A stretch of 64,000 nucleotides of DNA from the human T2T-CHM13v2.0 reference genome, Homo sapiens. The DNA lies in assembly GCF_009914755.1 (NCBI RefSeq), contig NC_060927.1; one strand, written 5' to 3'. Position 1 is the stretch's first letter; each line of letters starts with the position of its first letter. Of the stretch, positions 1-12,287 are shown one piece after another. The notes below the pieces were generated by a model that saw only the letters and a program-made list of their open reading frames with translations, searched no databases and was not told the origin of the DNA. The translations under genes and the position numbers were made by a program.

Positions 1-34
<34 letters not shown>
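1..34. repeat. (CA)n microsatellite, truncated by window start
   Basis: Pure AC dinucleotide run directly before an Alu right arm; probably expanded from the Alu middle A-rich linker. Confidence 0.95.
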
Positions 35-37
<3 letters not shown>

Positions 38-40
38 AGC

Positions 41-186
41 AAAATTAGCTCGGTGTGGTGGTGCGTGCCTGTATTTCCAGTTGCTCAGGAGGCTGAGGCA
101 GGAGAATCGCTTGAACCCAGGAGGCAGAGATCACACCACTGCACTCCAGCCTGGGCGACAGCACGAGACTCTGTAGGAAAAAAAAA
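41..186 (+). mobile_element. Alu right monomer (partial)
   Basis: GGAGGCTGAGGCAGGAGAATCGCTTGAACCC...CACTGCACTCCAGCCTGGGCGACAG followed by an A tail. Confidence 0.9.
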
Positions 187-604
187 TTCCAGTTGAGATG
201 CTTTCCAGGGCGCTAGTCAAGCCCCGCATGCTTATTTGTGGGAGTGAAAACACCAATATTTCGGGATTGTTGTGAGGACTAAATAGTGTCTGTAAGATGC
301 ACAGAGAAAGCGTAAATAGACGTCAATAGCACTTGTTAGGTCTACACACTCCATTTTTCCTCTATATTAATCGAATTATTTAAAGATTGGTTAGCTTTTT
401 GGGGAAATGTCTCTCCATTGTATTCCACTTATTAGGATGAACTACCTTTTCTCCTTGCTTTTCAGCTTTCTCTGCTATGAAAAAGATGGAAAATTTTTTA
501 GCACAAGGGGACTCTTCTCAAGCAGTAAATCATTTTGATATTAAAAACAGATAATTGCAAACCCAGTTTTATTTCAGTATGAATTCCGCAGTGGAGTGTG
601 AATA

Positions 605-609
605 TGTGT

Positions 610-648
<39 letters not shown>
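605..648. repeat. (TG)n microsatellite upstream of MME promoter
   Basis: About 22 TG units with one TA interruption. Confidence 0.95.
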
Positions 649-652
<4 letters not shown>

Positions 653-1071
653 TACCTGTGATTCAAAAGAGGAAAGGGATCAGTATTAAAGGTACTTGTA
701 CACTGGAAGCAAAAAAAAAAGGAAGTTTAGTTCCTCTGAGCTCCTTGGCAATTATAGCTGCTAAAGGTAGCTTTTACAAAGAAACTGCCTTTGTGCCTAA
801 AGTATTTATTTCCTTGTTTGTATTTACCCCTTTGAGGAGGAATCGCTGTGTCTTGAGTGAAAGGGGTACGCTGCTTGCTTGCATTAAACTGTGAGGGTCC
901 AGGCGCATTACGGCTGATTTCAGTAGGTAGAGCAGACACACTTTAGTTTATTTTTCTCTTTCTCACTCCCCACCCTCAACCTCCGATGTACACACGTTTT
1001 AAGATTCCCTGAAGTCAGGAGGTGGGAGCGGAGAGTTTCAGTTCAGATCTTGACATGAGAGTACTTCGACC

Positions 1072-1275
1072 AAGGAAAAGAAAGGGAAGAAAGAGGGAAG
1101 CGGGGTGGAGAAAGCAGGAGCAAGGAAGGAAAGAAGGAAACGGGGAGGGAGAGTAAGAAAAAAGAAAACGAAGGAGGGAGGGAGAGAGGACATTTAAATG
1201 AAGAAGGAAGGAAGCTTGGATTCAGGGAGGAAAGGGAGCGGGAAAGAGAGCGAAAGAAGAGCGTGAGAAGAGGCA
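1072..1275 (+). promoter_or_regulatory. Polypurine (GA-rich) tract in upstream promoter with GGAA ETS/PU.1-like cores
   Basis: About 200 bp almost free of pyrimidines on the + strand; many AGGAA motifs. Confidence 0.6.
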
Positions 1276-1609
1276 AGCATTATAGTCTCCGGTCCACAGG
1301 GGAGAGATGGAGCCCCCTCAGGACTAGAGAATCCCGAAGAGCCCGTGTATTGTTTTCTTGAAAGCCCCGAAGCTAAGCAATTCTAAAAATGTTTAGCAAA
1401 GCCCTTTTGGGAATGGTGAGATGGGGGGTGGGGAGGATGGGACATTTTCATTGCCACCGCCCGCCCCCCGTCTCCCCGGCCCCCTCACATGAAGTGACTG
1501 GATTTGGGAGACCTAGCGGAAACCTTCAGGTCACCCAGGGAACTGCTCCTCTCTCTGGTCCTGCAGCGGCGAGGCGGGGTAGGGGGTGGGGGGGGGGGGG
1601 GGCCGTGAG

Positions 1610-1716
1610 AGCGCCGAGACGCGCGGGGCGCGGAGATGTGCAAGTGGCGAAGCTTGACCGAGAGCAGGCTGGAGCAGCCGCCCAACTCCTGGCGCGGGAT
1701 CTGCTGAGGGGTCACG
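1610..1716 (+). other. MME: MME alternative non-coding exon 1 (start approximate)
   Basis: Strong donor CACG|GTGAGT at 1716/1717; matches my recollection of the type-1 NEP 5' UTR. Confidence 0.8.
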
Positions 1717-1849
1717 GTGAGTCTCTGTGGGTGCGGGTCGGAGGGATGCCCAGGTGCCTCGTCGCCCCACGGCCCGGGCGGAGGCGGGTCCGGAACCTCC
1801 CCCAAGTCCGGCCTCAGCCTGGAGCCCGCGCGCCTTGGGCGGATGCACG

Positions 1850-1961
1850 GACTGAGAGGCGCTTGGCTGGGCTCTCAGCCCGCCACTGCCACCCGGCCCC
1901 GTGCGCTCATTGGTCGGGATGTGTCGGCTCAGCAGCCTCCAACTTCTCCCGAATCCCACTG
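1850..1961 (+). other. MME: MME alternative non-coding exon 1bis (start approximate)
   Basis: Donor ACTG|GTGAGT at 1961/1962. Confidence 0.65.
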
Positions 1962-2099
1962 GTGAGTCCCAGGAGAGCGAGCTGAGGGAGAAAGGTCCAA
2001 AGGGCGCGAGCGCCCAGGGCGCTGGGAGCCCGTGGGACGGGCACGGGGAGGGCAGAGCCAGCCGAGGGGAGCGGCTGCCGGGAGGTGCGCTGAGCAGGG

Positions 2100-2426
2100 T
2101 CCGCAGCTAAGGTCCAGCGCGATCCGAGCGCCCAGGACCCTGCGGCCGTGGAGGAGGCGTGCCCTGGGAAGGAGCCGCTACTGGGACCTGAAGAGTGAGG
2201 GGAGGGAGAGGGGCCCAGAGGGTGACCTGGAGGAGGGCTCTGGAAGTCACGTCAGGTTGGCTCTTCAGGTTCATTTCCATAGTTCCCTGCGGCCTCTGCC
2301 TTGGGGAGTTATGTTTTGTTACCGAGATCCGCGCTACCAGATTGCACCGGGGCTGATTTGGGGGCTGGGAATTTGCCATTCTGCTGTACAGACACTGATT
2401 TTTTTTTCTTCTTTTTAAAAAGCAAG
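2100..2426 (+). other. MME: MME alternative non-coding exon 2a/2b (donors at 2255 and 2426; start approximate)
   Basis: Donors TCAG|GTTGGC and CAAG|GTTTGT 171 nt apart, consistent with the described 2a/2b leaders. Confidence 0.7.
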
Positions 2427-3426
2427 GTTTGTTTTCATTTTGGTTTCTGTCGGATTTTCTCATTTGTAACTCACTTTTCTATTTTTACTTTTCTTAACCG
2501 GAAGATCTTTTCATTATCCCACCTCTTCATCTTGCTTTTAACCTGATTTCCTATTATATAATTAATGCTTAAATCTCACAAGGGTTGGTCGGTGCGGGGC
2601 TGGTGTGTCCTTTTGTAGATGAAAGTTTAAGACCTCTTAACTGGTTTCAGTCTATTTGTCTGGTTTCAAAATAAGGGTAATTGCAACCAAATATCCCTCT
2701 TTAGCTTCTCGATCAAGTCGATTCCTCCCCCATATATGATTCAAATGGCAATTTTATTAAACTGAAAACTAGTACCTGACTTGCAGCGTCAGCATTTGGA
2801 AAGTGCTTGTCGGCAAATCGACTGTATGAAGGCGTGTAGCTTCATCCCCTGCCATTTTTGTGGGTTCTAGCACTTTAAAAAATTGTCTGGTAATTTCTTG
2901 GACTTAACCCTGTGTCTTTGGTTGTAGAGCAGCACTAACCAGGGGAGTAATATGGTTGGCACTTCGTGTCCAGAACTCCGTATTTCAGGCTGGGAAACAC
3001 CTAATTAATGTCTGGGAAACAAGAAGATGATTTATCCTGAGTACCTCTGTCCTCAGCTTCTGCAGACACAGTTTAAATATGGAAACTGTTTCTCCTTCTT
3101 CCTGTGCCTCAGTTTCCATAGAACAAACTGTAATTGCATAGCACAGCTTCAGGAACCTGCAGATATAAGTTAATGTTATAATGTGCAGTGAAGATGAAAA
3201 CTGCTTAGCTAAGTCTAAGTCTGTAAGTCAATGAGATTTCCTTTTTAACAAATCAGTTATCCAGGTTTCCTGCTTTGACTGTCTGATATAGTAATGCTTA
3301 TGCTCAACTGGTATAAGAATTGCTGCTTTACATTGCTTTGAAATTAAGCTTACACTTAAAATAGTAATTTATTCTGTTGGTAATATTGTCGAGCTGAAGT
3401 TTGCAGGTTCTTGTTATCTTAGACCT

Positions 3427-3663
3427 CCTAATTCTCTATTCTCGTCTGTGGCAGTGTCCACTTTTCCGTTTAAACTTTTTATTTAACACATCTTCAGTTG
3501 AAGTGAAATATTTTAAGAATACAGGTATGTTTTTGCGTACCCTGCTTTATATGGGACTATAAGCCTCAACTTGGTATTTTTTTTTTTTTGTATTCTTTTG
3601 TTTACTTGTCCCCCTTACTCTTCTCTATGGGATTGGGTGTGGTTAAGTTGGATATTCAGGTAT
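3427..3663 (+). repeat. Diverged direct duplication, copy 1 (partner 5237-5466)
   Basis: Shared blocks TCTGTGGCAGTGTCCACTTTT, GAATACAGGTATGTTTTTGC and GTTGGATATTCAGGTAT. Confidence 0.9.
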
Positions 3664-5236
3664 TTGGGGTTTAGTCATATGTTCCACAGTGAGATTCCAG
3701 ATACTGTCCCCTGATGTCTTAAAGAAAAATTGTGAACCTTCCAGAATTAACTGGAAATGAACGACAAAGTTAATTAGGAGATTAAACTTGCATCATTTCT
3801 GCTTTTGCTCAATGCTTTTGAAAAAAGGCTACTAAGAGCAAAAGACTTCCTTTAAGAATTTACAGGGCATTTACAAGAGGGGGAGATGGAGGAAGACTTT
3901 GCAGGTGATTCAAAGATTATATTGTTTTGATGCAGCTTCTGTCACTGTCTTCATTTCTCTGTAACTGTTTCTGCAAACTTGGGTGCTGACCCATTAAGAG
4001 CCCAGCTGCTTCAGTACCCAGTCTCAAGGGTAAGGAGGAGAAGCCAAGGGAAAGTAACTTACAGGGAGAAAGAAATGCTTATCCACTAGCTTTACTACAC
4101 CACAAGGCATGGAGTTTCCACAGAGCACCTGTAATTTAACCCTGAGGCTGCCCTGGTTCACCCCTTCGCTTTACTTTACAGGGACACTGACTGTCATTTC
4201 TAAGGAAGAACTAAGAAAAAAAAAAGTCCTTTTATACCAGTAAAACATTTCTCTACATTGTCTTCTGACATATGCGGGGGGAACAATATTCAGGAAAGGG
4301 AAATACTTTAGCAAATGTGCTTAACATTCAGGTGTTCTTTAGGACAGTCATGAAACATGGGGAGACTGGGAGAATTATTATTGTTTACCTCTCTGTAAAG
4401 TGTCCAGAGTATTATTAAATTTGTTCCCCTCTTTCCTTTGCCCAACCAATACACTATTAAAATAGGACTACAATCAATGCAATTCCATATCATAACCCCA
4501 GGGGTGGTGAGACTAAGCCAGCATGCCTTACATAACCATTAAGTAAGACATTTTAACATTCAGGTACATTACATTCCACTTTTATTTAGCAGACACGGTT
4601 TTCATTGTGTAATAAAATATTTTTATTTGATAGTCTGTCCTTGCTTATAGCCTCATGTAATCAAGGGGACAGCATGTTTAAGACTTTGTATCCAGAACTT
4701 TAAGGTCTAGCTGTGGTTCGCTTATTAATAATTCACTGGGAAGGTTAATTTCTAGTTTTCTGCTGGGTCTCCCAGACCATACTTCAAATGTAGAATATGT
4801 TTCTTCTTTCTCCTATGCCTCAGTTTCCACAAAACACACCCTTAGAGAATTGTGTGTGTTCAACAAAGATCTTTAACTATAAGAGCATTTCTGAGCCGCC
4901 ACTTCATCCTGGGACCAAATTCTAAGAGCAATTTGTATTGAGCTATAAACAGCTAATCTGCTAGTTTAAGATGTTCTTTTATACAGTCATGCAGAAAAAT
5001 GGAAATTGTGTGTTCTAATCCTTGGAGACTGGCTGATAAAGTGTCACTAGGCCCCTGATGAAATTTAATATTTAGGCTTATATCCCCTTAATTTTCCCCC
5101 TAAATTTCTACAGTACGCTTTTACTGCATGATGATACAGCTTTATTTTGAACAGTGACCAAATGCGTTCTTTACAAAGAATATTGACGAGTTGTGTAGTC
5201 TTGAACACGTTGCCTGACTTCTCTGTGCCCCAGTTT

Positions 5237-5466
5237 CCTAATTCTTTATTCTATTCTGTGGCAGTGTCCACTTTTTGGTTTAAAGTTTTTAACACATCTC
5301 CAGTTGAGGTGAAAGATTTTAGGAATACAGGTATGTTTTTGCATACCCTGCTTTATACAGGACTACAAGTATCAACTTGGTAACTTTTTGTACTATTTTG
5401 TTTACTTATCCCCCTTACTCCCCTCTTAAATGGGATTGGGCGTGGTTAGGTTGGATATTCAGGTAT
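5237..5466 (+). repeat. Diverged direct duplication, copy 2 (partner 3427-3663)
   Basis: Colinear with copy 1, with scattered substitutions and small indels. Confidence 0.9.
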
Positions 5467-6126
5467 CTTTTGGTACAGTGAGTGACCATTTTCAGAATGT
5501 TGTCTAACCAGTTAATAGATACTGGTATCAGTAGCAGTAGTAATTTTGAACTGTAAAAATAAAGGTTGTTTTTATGACTAAAATAAACTACTTCATGTGT
5601 TCATTCGTTTTGCTGTTTATCTATATTAATATTTCAAATTATTGCTTAGTCAAAACCTCAAGGTATTAGTCACTGGTTTTTGAGCTTATAAAGGAAGCCA
5701 CTGGAGCAAGATATAAAATTAACCATTGATGTTAGTCCAGAGTTCAAAAGGGTGAGTTTAAAACTTTCTTAATGATGGTACAGCAATTATTTGCTTATAA
5801 ACTGCTGAATTAATCCTACTTGAGTATTTAACCAAGTCTTACTGTCTAATTTTGCTGAGATTTTCAGTGATATACCAAAGCAAAACAAAACAAAACAACA
5901 GCAACAAAAAACAAAAGGTTGTGACTGAGACCTGTCAAATTCATTTGGCTCTATATACTTTGCATTCAGCAACAAAATTTTGACTTCTCAACAGCAAAAA
6001 TATATTTCTATTTTAAAATAACTGAGCCTTTTACTTTTATCCAGCCACATTAAGCATTTGGACATTTTCTTTTTTATTTATTTGTTTTTCATTATTAGTA
6101 TTTTCATTTTTTGCAGATTTTAGGTG

Positions 6127-6286
6127 ATGGGCAAGTCAGAAAGTCAGATGGATATAACTGATATCAACACTCCAAAGCCAAAGAAGAAACAGCGATGGAC
6201 TCCACTGGAGATCAGCCTCTCGGTCCTTGTCCTGCTCCTCACCATCATAGCTGTGACAATGATCGCACTCTATGCAACCTACGATG
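6127..6286 (+). CDS. MME: Neprilysin first coding exon (exon 2; exon begins 6117): cytoplasmic tail and signal-anchor TM helix
   Basis: ttgcag|ATTTTAGGTG ATG; [53 protein letters not shown]; donor G|gtgagt; 160 coding nt. Confidence 0.98.
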
Positions 6287-7017
6287 GTGAGTTACTCCCA
6301 CACCTGTGCATCCATAAGTGCAAAAGAGAAGGAAATCTTCCTCCATGCTTTTACCATCTATCCAACGAATGTGTTAAGGATAGAGGCACTTAAAGACTGA
6401 CAAAGAGATTCATTTATAAAATGTAACATCAATATGTCAAAATAATTAACTTTGAAGTACGGTGCCTTTTATGTTTGAGCTAAGTTATTAATTGCAAGTA
6501 TATTTAGTGCGCTCACGCTTACTTATGAGGAATCTAAAGTATGGTTTTATTTGATTAAAATATACACAATTTTATGGCCAGCTTTAGTAATAGTCATTAG
6601 TCAACTTTTGTTGTGTCATTGAAATTCTAAAGGGCTTCACAGGAATTTAACAAATTTAATTTGAGTCTTGGAAGTTTTTTACAACAAGGATGAAAAAAGA
6701 TTGATTGTTTAATGGTTAAAAAAATGATTACCAAGCAAAAACAACTGATTATTTCAATTTAATAGGCCTGGGGCTTCGTTGGTAGAGAAGATATAATAAC
6801 ACATTTTTCTTCATAATCAAAATTTTAAATTTAGATTTTACTTATTTTATTTTCTTATATTTTTTCTAACCACTGACAATGATATATAATGTTCAGTTTT
6901 TAGTTCTTGCTTTAAGAAATTGCTTATTTAATTGGCAGTTTTTAAAAGAACAAAAGAAAAATAGAAATTTAAAAATTTGTGTTGCCAATATTTATGTATA
7001 TTCTCTCCTTTTTCTAG

Positions 7018-7053
7018 ATGGTATTTGCAAGTCATCAGACTGCATAAAATCAG
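7018..7053 (+). CDS. MME: Neprilysin exon 3 (36 nt)
   Basis: ttctag|ATGGTATTTGC...TCAG|gtaag; (D)GICKSSDCIKS; phase 1-1. Confidence 0.97.
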
Positions 7054-7458
7054 GTAAGAAATGGTTTTTACGTGTAATAGTTATACAACTGATGTATAAT
7101 ATTTAAAATTAAATGCTAATCTTAATTTGCTTTGTTTACACTTTTATTCATTGTAGATCAATTATTTATGTGTCTGGCTCTATAATCAATGGAAATAAAA
7201 ATATATTTAAGTAGTAGATTAATTAACTTGTTTACTCTGAAAAATATATTACTATTTTCAGCCCTGGGCTGTATAGCAGGGCAATAGAAAACTATATCGC
7301 TATTTGTATGGAGCTTGCCATGTAGTTGAAGAAAGAAAATGAACACATATGAAATGGTAAGTTTCGTATCATTGTGTTAAATGTCTCAGTGCACCTCACT
7401 AGGTGGGTGAGAAGAAGGGAGTGAGATGTAGGCATGTAAATCTAGGTGGAGAAGTTAA

Positions 7459-7789
<331 letters not shown>

Positions 7790-8430
7790 TTAAATTTGGG
7801 AAGAACCTTGAAGCAGGGCTAGAATTTAGATGTGGCGGTGCAGAAGAGGGAATTCCAAACACAAAAGAAAGAAACTATGTTATTGAGAAGTAGTAAAAGT
7901 GTACGCTTGATAGAAGGACACATTATGGAGAACCTTGAAATCCATGTTTAGCCTTGATATTGTAATACAGGAGAAACAGATATTTTTGAACAGAGGAGTG
8001 ATCAGGCCAAAGGTGAAAGATGATTCTGCGAATGTGAGGTTGACTGGATTGAGTGAAAAGGAGGGCAGGCAGGTGGGGGCTGCTTCTGTACTCCAAGTGT
8101 AAGCTGAAGAGGTTGGCCTGTGGTGAGAGAAGAGTACTATTGAGATAATGGGGAGGGAGAATTGGGTGACTCAGTAGAACTGACTTGCTAAATAAAATGA
8201 ATGAATTGAGAATGATGCCAAGTTTTAAAACCCAAGGGACTAAAGAGAATGGAGGCAGCCCACACAGAAATAGAGAGGTTATGAGGTGGATGTGGATGTG
8301 TTTGGTCTAAGATGAAAATAGACAGGAGGAAGGTAGAGATGAGGTTTAAGAAGCTGGAATTTGGATTTGAGATCTGTCAGTTTAGGAGTGATAGTGGAAG
8401 CCTTGGAAGTATTTGAGTTCTCAAAAGAAG

Positions 8431-8477
8431 AGAAGAGGTTCAAGGGCTAAACTTAAGAAGAGGTTCAAGGGCTAAAC
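8431..8477. repeat. 25-bp-period tandem duplication
   Basis: AGAAGAGGTTCAAGGGCTAAAC occurs twice. Confidence 0.9.
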
Positions 8478-8754
8478 AACATCAATGATTAGAAGAGAAG
8501 AAAAATAAGTCAGAGCAGAAAACAGAGAAGTGTATGAAGCTATATAAATCCCATCAATTGGAGTGTGGTGAAAATGGGAGTATTTCTTCTTTCTTCAAGA
8601 AAAAGGAAGGTGGTAGCTGAGGGCAGCACCTGGGATATGAACACAATATTTGTGTCCTTTAACAAGAGATTCTAAACCTCCTTTCTAACATCTATGTGTC
8701 TTATAAGAAATAAATAAACTGTTCCAAATAATTTTAACCATTTTCTGCTGGATA

Positions 8755-9093
8755 TTTTTAATTTTATTTATTTATTTATTTGAGGCAGGATCTTGCTCTG
8801 TCACCCAGGCTGGAGTGCAGTATTGTGATCACAGCTTACTGCAGCCTTGATCTCCTGGGCTCAAGGCATCCTCCTGCCTGAGCCTCCTGAGTAGCTGGGA
8901 CTATAGGCACCTGCCACCATTCCTGGCTAGGTTGTGGGTTTTTTGTTTTTTTTGTTTTTTTTTGTTTTTTTTTTGTAGAGACAGGGTCTCACTATGTTGC
9001 CCAAGCTTGGTCTTGAACTCCTGAGATCAAGCAGTCCTCCTACTTGTCTTCCCAAAGTGCTGGGATTACAGGCATGAGCCACTGCACCCAGTC
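8755..9093 (-). mobile_element. AluJ element
   Basis: Dimer with J-type CTCCTGGGCTCAAG motif and an expanded T-rich linker; flanked by TGGATATT. Confidence 0.9.
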
Positions 9094-10304
9094 TTGGATA
9101 TTCTTTACTTGGATTTTTGTTATTCACTGAACTTTGCAAAAAAATGACGGGAAAATATCTGGCAATTCTAGGTTATAGTCTAATATCCTGAATCTGTGCC
9201 CTTTGCTTTTTTTTTTTTTTGTATCGTTTTTTGATGGATTTTTTTGCTCTGGGTCACAAGAGCAATGACTAGACACCCTGAGATGTGATGTGGGGAGCGT
9301 GAGGGAGACTTGATTTAGATGTTAGCCATTTGCTGCTCGACATAGTAAGTTTTTCCCAAAAACGAAGTTTCTTTATTCCCCAGGGAAATGGCTGCACAGG
9401 TACCTTGGCTGGGGGATCTCCGTGGTCATGTGCAAAAGTCAGCATGTGCCCAAGTTGTCAAAGTTAACGTTTACTTCCTCCCCAGATCCTCCTATGCTTC
9501 CTCTCTCTACCAGCTACCCTATTATATGCTCAGGCTGTCCTGTTTCGGGAAACTTCCACTTACATATTGACTACTAAGGGTTAATTCCTCTGTCTTTAAT
9601 ACACTTGACATGTCTCTTTGGTATCTTAATCTATAGATTCTCTCTTCTCTCACTATTTTTCCTTTTTCTCTTCTTTTCCTTGAATTTTATTTTCGAAGAA
9701 ACTGGATTTTTTGACTAGGTAGGTGTATTTCTATAAACGACAAGTGATTTTGCCTCAGAGATCTAGGCAGGTTTTTCCTCCCAAGGAGCAATGTGACATT
9801 CAGAATCTGGAATCTTAAATGTGACTTAATGTTTAGAGATAGGATTTTTAAATAGTGTTTGGCAAGTCTCAACTCACTAAAATGTATTTAACCTGTATCC
9901 TTTAATTGTAGCTTAGAAATCAAACCAAATGTAAAACACCTTGCAGGATGTATCTTGGCAGAGAAATGTATACAATAGAAATAACTTCAGTGGTAAACAA
10001 GGTTGCTGTATAGCTGTATATTTTTCTTCATTCTGCTCTGTTGGTTCACAAGCCATTAGAATACTTGTTCACATTGGTAGTTACTATTCTTCCTAGGAGA
10101 ATAAATAAGATGACACACACCCTCATGGATACACTCTGCATACTCATAAACACACACACTCGTGCGCGCACACACACACACACACACACAGTCTTCTGCT
10201 GGTTAGGAAATCTTTTCTGCCACAGAAAAATACAACTATTTCTTTTAGAAGTTGTTGCAAATTAGGAAAACCCTAGAGGAAATCTTGGACAAAAGCAAGT
10301 ATTA

Positions 10305-10706
<402 letters not shown>

Positions 10707-11329
10707 TTACCAGCAAGTCTATAGGTCACTTTAAGAGAGTGGGTGGGTTCAAACCTGAGCTCAGAAATTCTTGAGAATGGGAAAAGCAAGTATTGACACT
10801 CAGGGTGCTTACATTGTATGAAAGATGGCCCCAACTTGAACCTTTCTTCCAGTGGAAGGGAATGTCATAGCAAATGTACTTATCTTTGATTCTTTGAAGT
10901 CAAGGAATACAGAAGTCAAGCCATACCAAGACAGAAGTAAAATATTGCAGAAGGCTGTTTCAAATCTGTTTGGTGTTACATATTTAAAATCTGAGCATCT
11001 AGGATTTAAATATTTATGATGTACATAAAATGATGTTTATGTATACTTTAAATTAACTTGCCTATATGTGTAATGCATCAGTATGAAAGATTACACCAGA
11101 CCTAAAGTAAAACAAATACCACTTAAGAAATAACAACTTAAGGCAGGGATCAAAATGCTTCAAAGTATTATTCATCGCTTATTTACCCTATAAGGTCATC
11201 AAAAACTTAGAGTTATAAAACTTGTATGTGATTTTGCAGACTTTTCCGTGTAAGTCTGAATCCTGAAACTGATTTCCATTGCATTGTAACCTCCCTAACT
11301 TAGATTTCAAGGAATCTTGTGCTTTAAAT

Positions 11330-11550
11330 CAGGGTTTCTCAACTCAATCACTATTGATATTTTTGTGCTAGATAATTCTTCGTTGTGGATGCTATTCTGT
11401 GTATTATAGGATATTTAGTAGCATCCCTGGCCTCTACCAGCTAGATGTCCAGTAGCAGTCCTCTCCTAGTTGTGACAACCAAAAAATGTCTCTAGCCATT
11501 ACTAAATGTCCCCTGCAGGCAGCACGGTCACTTATGACTGGGTACCACTG
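11330..11550 (-). mobile_element. MER20 (hAT-Charlie) DNA transposon, full length
   Basis: CAGGGTTTCTCAAC...AGCATCCCTGGCCTCTACC...GTTGTGACAACCAAAAAATGTCTC...CCACTG; 8-bp flanks CTTTAAAT / GTTTAAAC. Confidence 0.85.
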
Positions 11551-11591
11551 GTTTAAACGGTCTCAAGATGTTATCAATGCTTCCCTCTTAA

Positions 11592-11670
11592 CGGTAGGCA
11601 GGATAATGGCCTCTCAAAGATATTCACACCCAATTCCCAGAGCCTCTGAATATGTTGCCTTATATGGCAA
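11592..11670 (+). mobile_element. MLT1-type MaLR LTR fragment
   Basis: GGTAGGCAGGATAATGGCCTC..CAAAGAT..GAATATGTTGCCTTATATGGCAA resembles an MLT1 terminus. Confidence 0.6.
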
Positions 11671-11935
11671 CATGCCTGTAATCCCAGCACTTTGGGAGGC
11701 CAAGGCGGGTGGATCACTTGAGGTCGGGAGTTGAAGACCAGCCTGGCCTACATGGTGAAACCCCATCTCTGCTAAAAATACAAAAATCCAGGCATGGTAG
11801 CACGCGCCTATAATCCCAGAGGGAGGAGAATTGCTTGAACCCAGGAGGCAGAGGTTGAAGCGAGCCAAGATTGCACGACTGCACTCCAGCCTGGAAGACA
11901 GCGCAAGACTCTATCTCCAAAAAAAAGAAAAAGAC
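11671..11935 (+). mobile_element. 5'-truncated AluS with internal deletions
   Basis: Begins at CATGCCTGTAATCCCAGC; right arm lacks the CTACTCGGGAGGCTG segment. Confidence 0.88.
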
Positions 11936-12287
11936 AACAGAGAATTGAGGGGTCTGCAGAAGCATATGTTAGAAGTGTGGTCCTAAATTATCCAGAGGCC
12001 AGAGAAGCCAAGCTAAGACGTGATCAATACAGTTTACAAGAGAAAATGGGACCACCTCCACCTGTATAGTCATGCAGGTTGTACACTGCATATTTGTCGA
12101 TGGCAGCCTTGACAGACAGGCTTGTGGAACATCAAGACCTGGATGAAACACCTCTCAGAACTGTCCACTCCTTTTATTTTAATTCTGCACATACCAAGAA
12201 AACTTTTGATGATTACTTAATTATTAATACAAGGAGAGGTGGCATTCTGTTACTTGAAAGATATTTTCATCATGGTGAGATAATGCA

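Larger units (their letters stand above)
1450..2350 (+). promoter_or_regulatory. MME: CpG island / TATA-less multi-start MME promoter with GC boxes and inverted CCAAT (ATTGG 1909-1913)
   Basis: High GC and CpG density; GGGCGG/CCGCCC motifs; lies upstream of the first coding exon. Confidence 0.85.

Noticed and set aside
1389-2463. Several overlapping 100-200 aa ORFs on both strands
   Set aside because: Expected by-product of the GC-rich CpG island; Pro/Arg/Gly-rich with no recognisable domain
3100-5240. Recurring TGCCTCAGTTTCC motif as a novel regulatory repeat
   Set aside because: It is the common MIR core sequence
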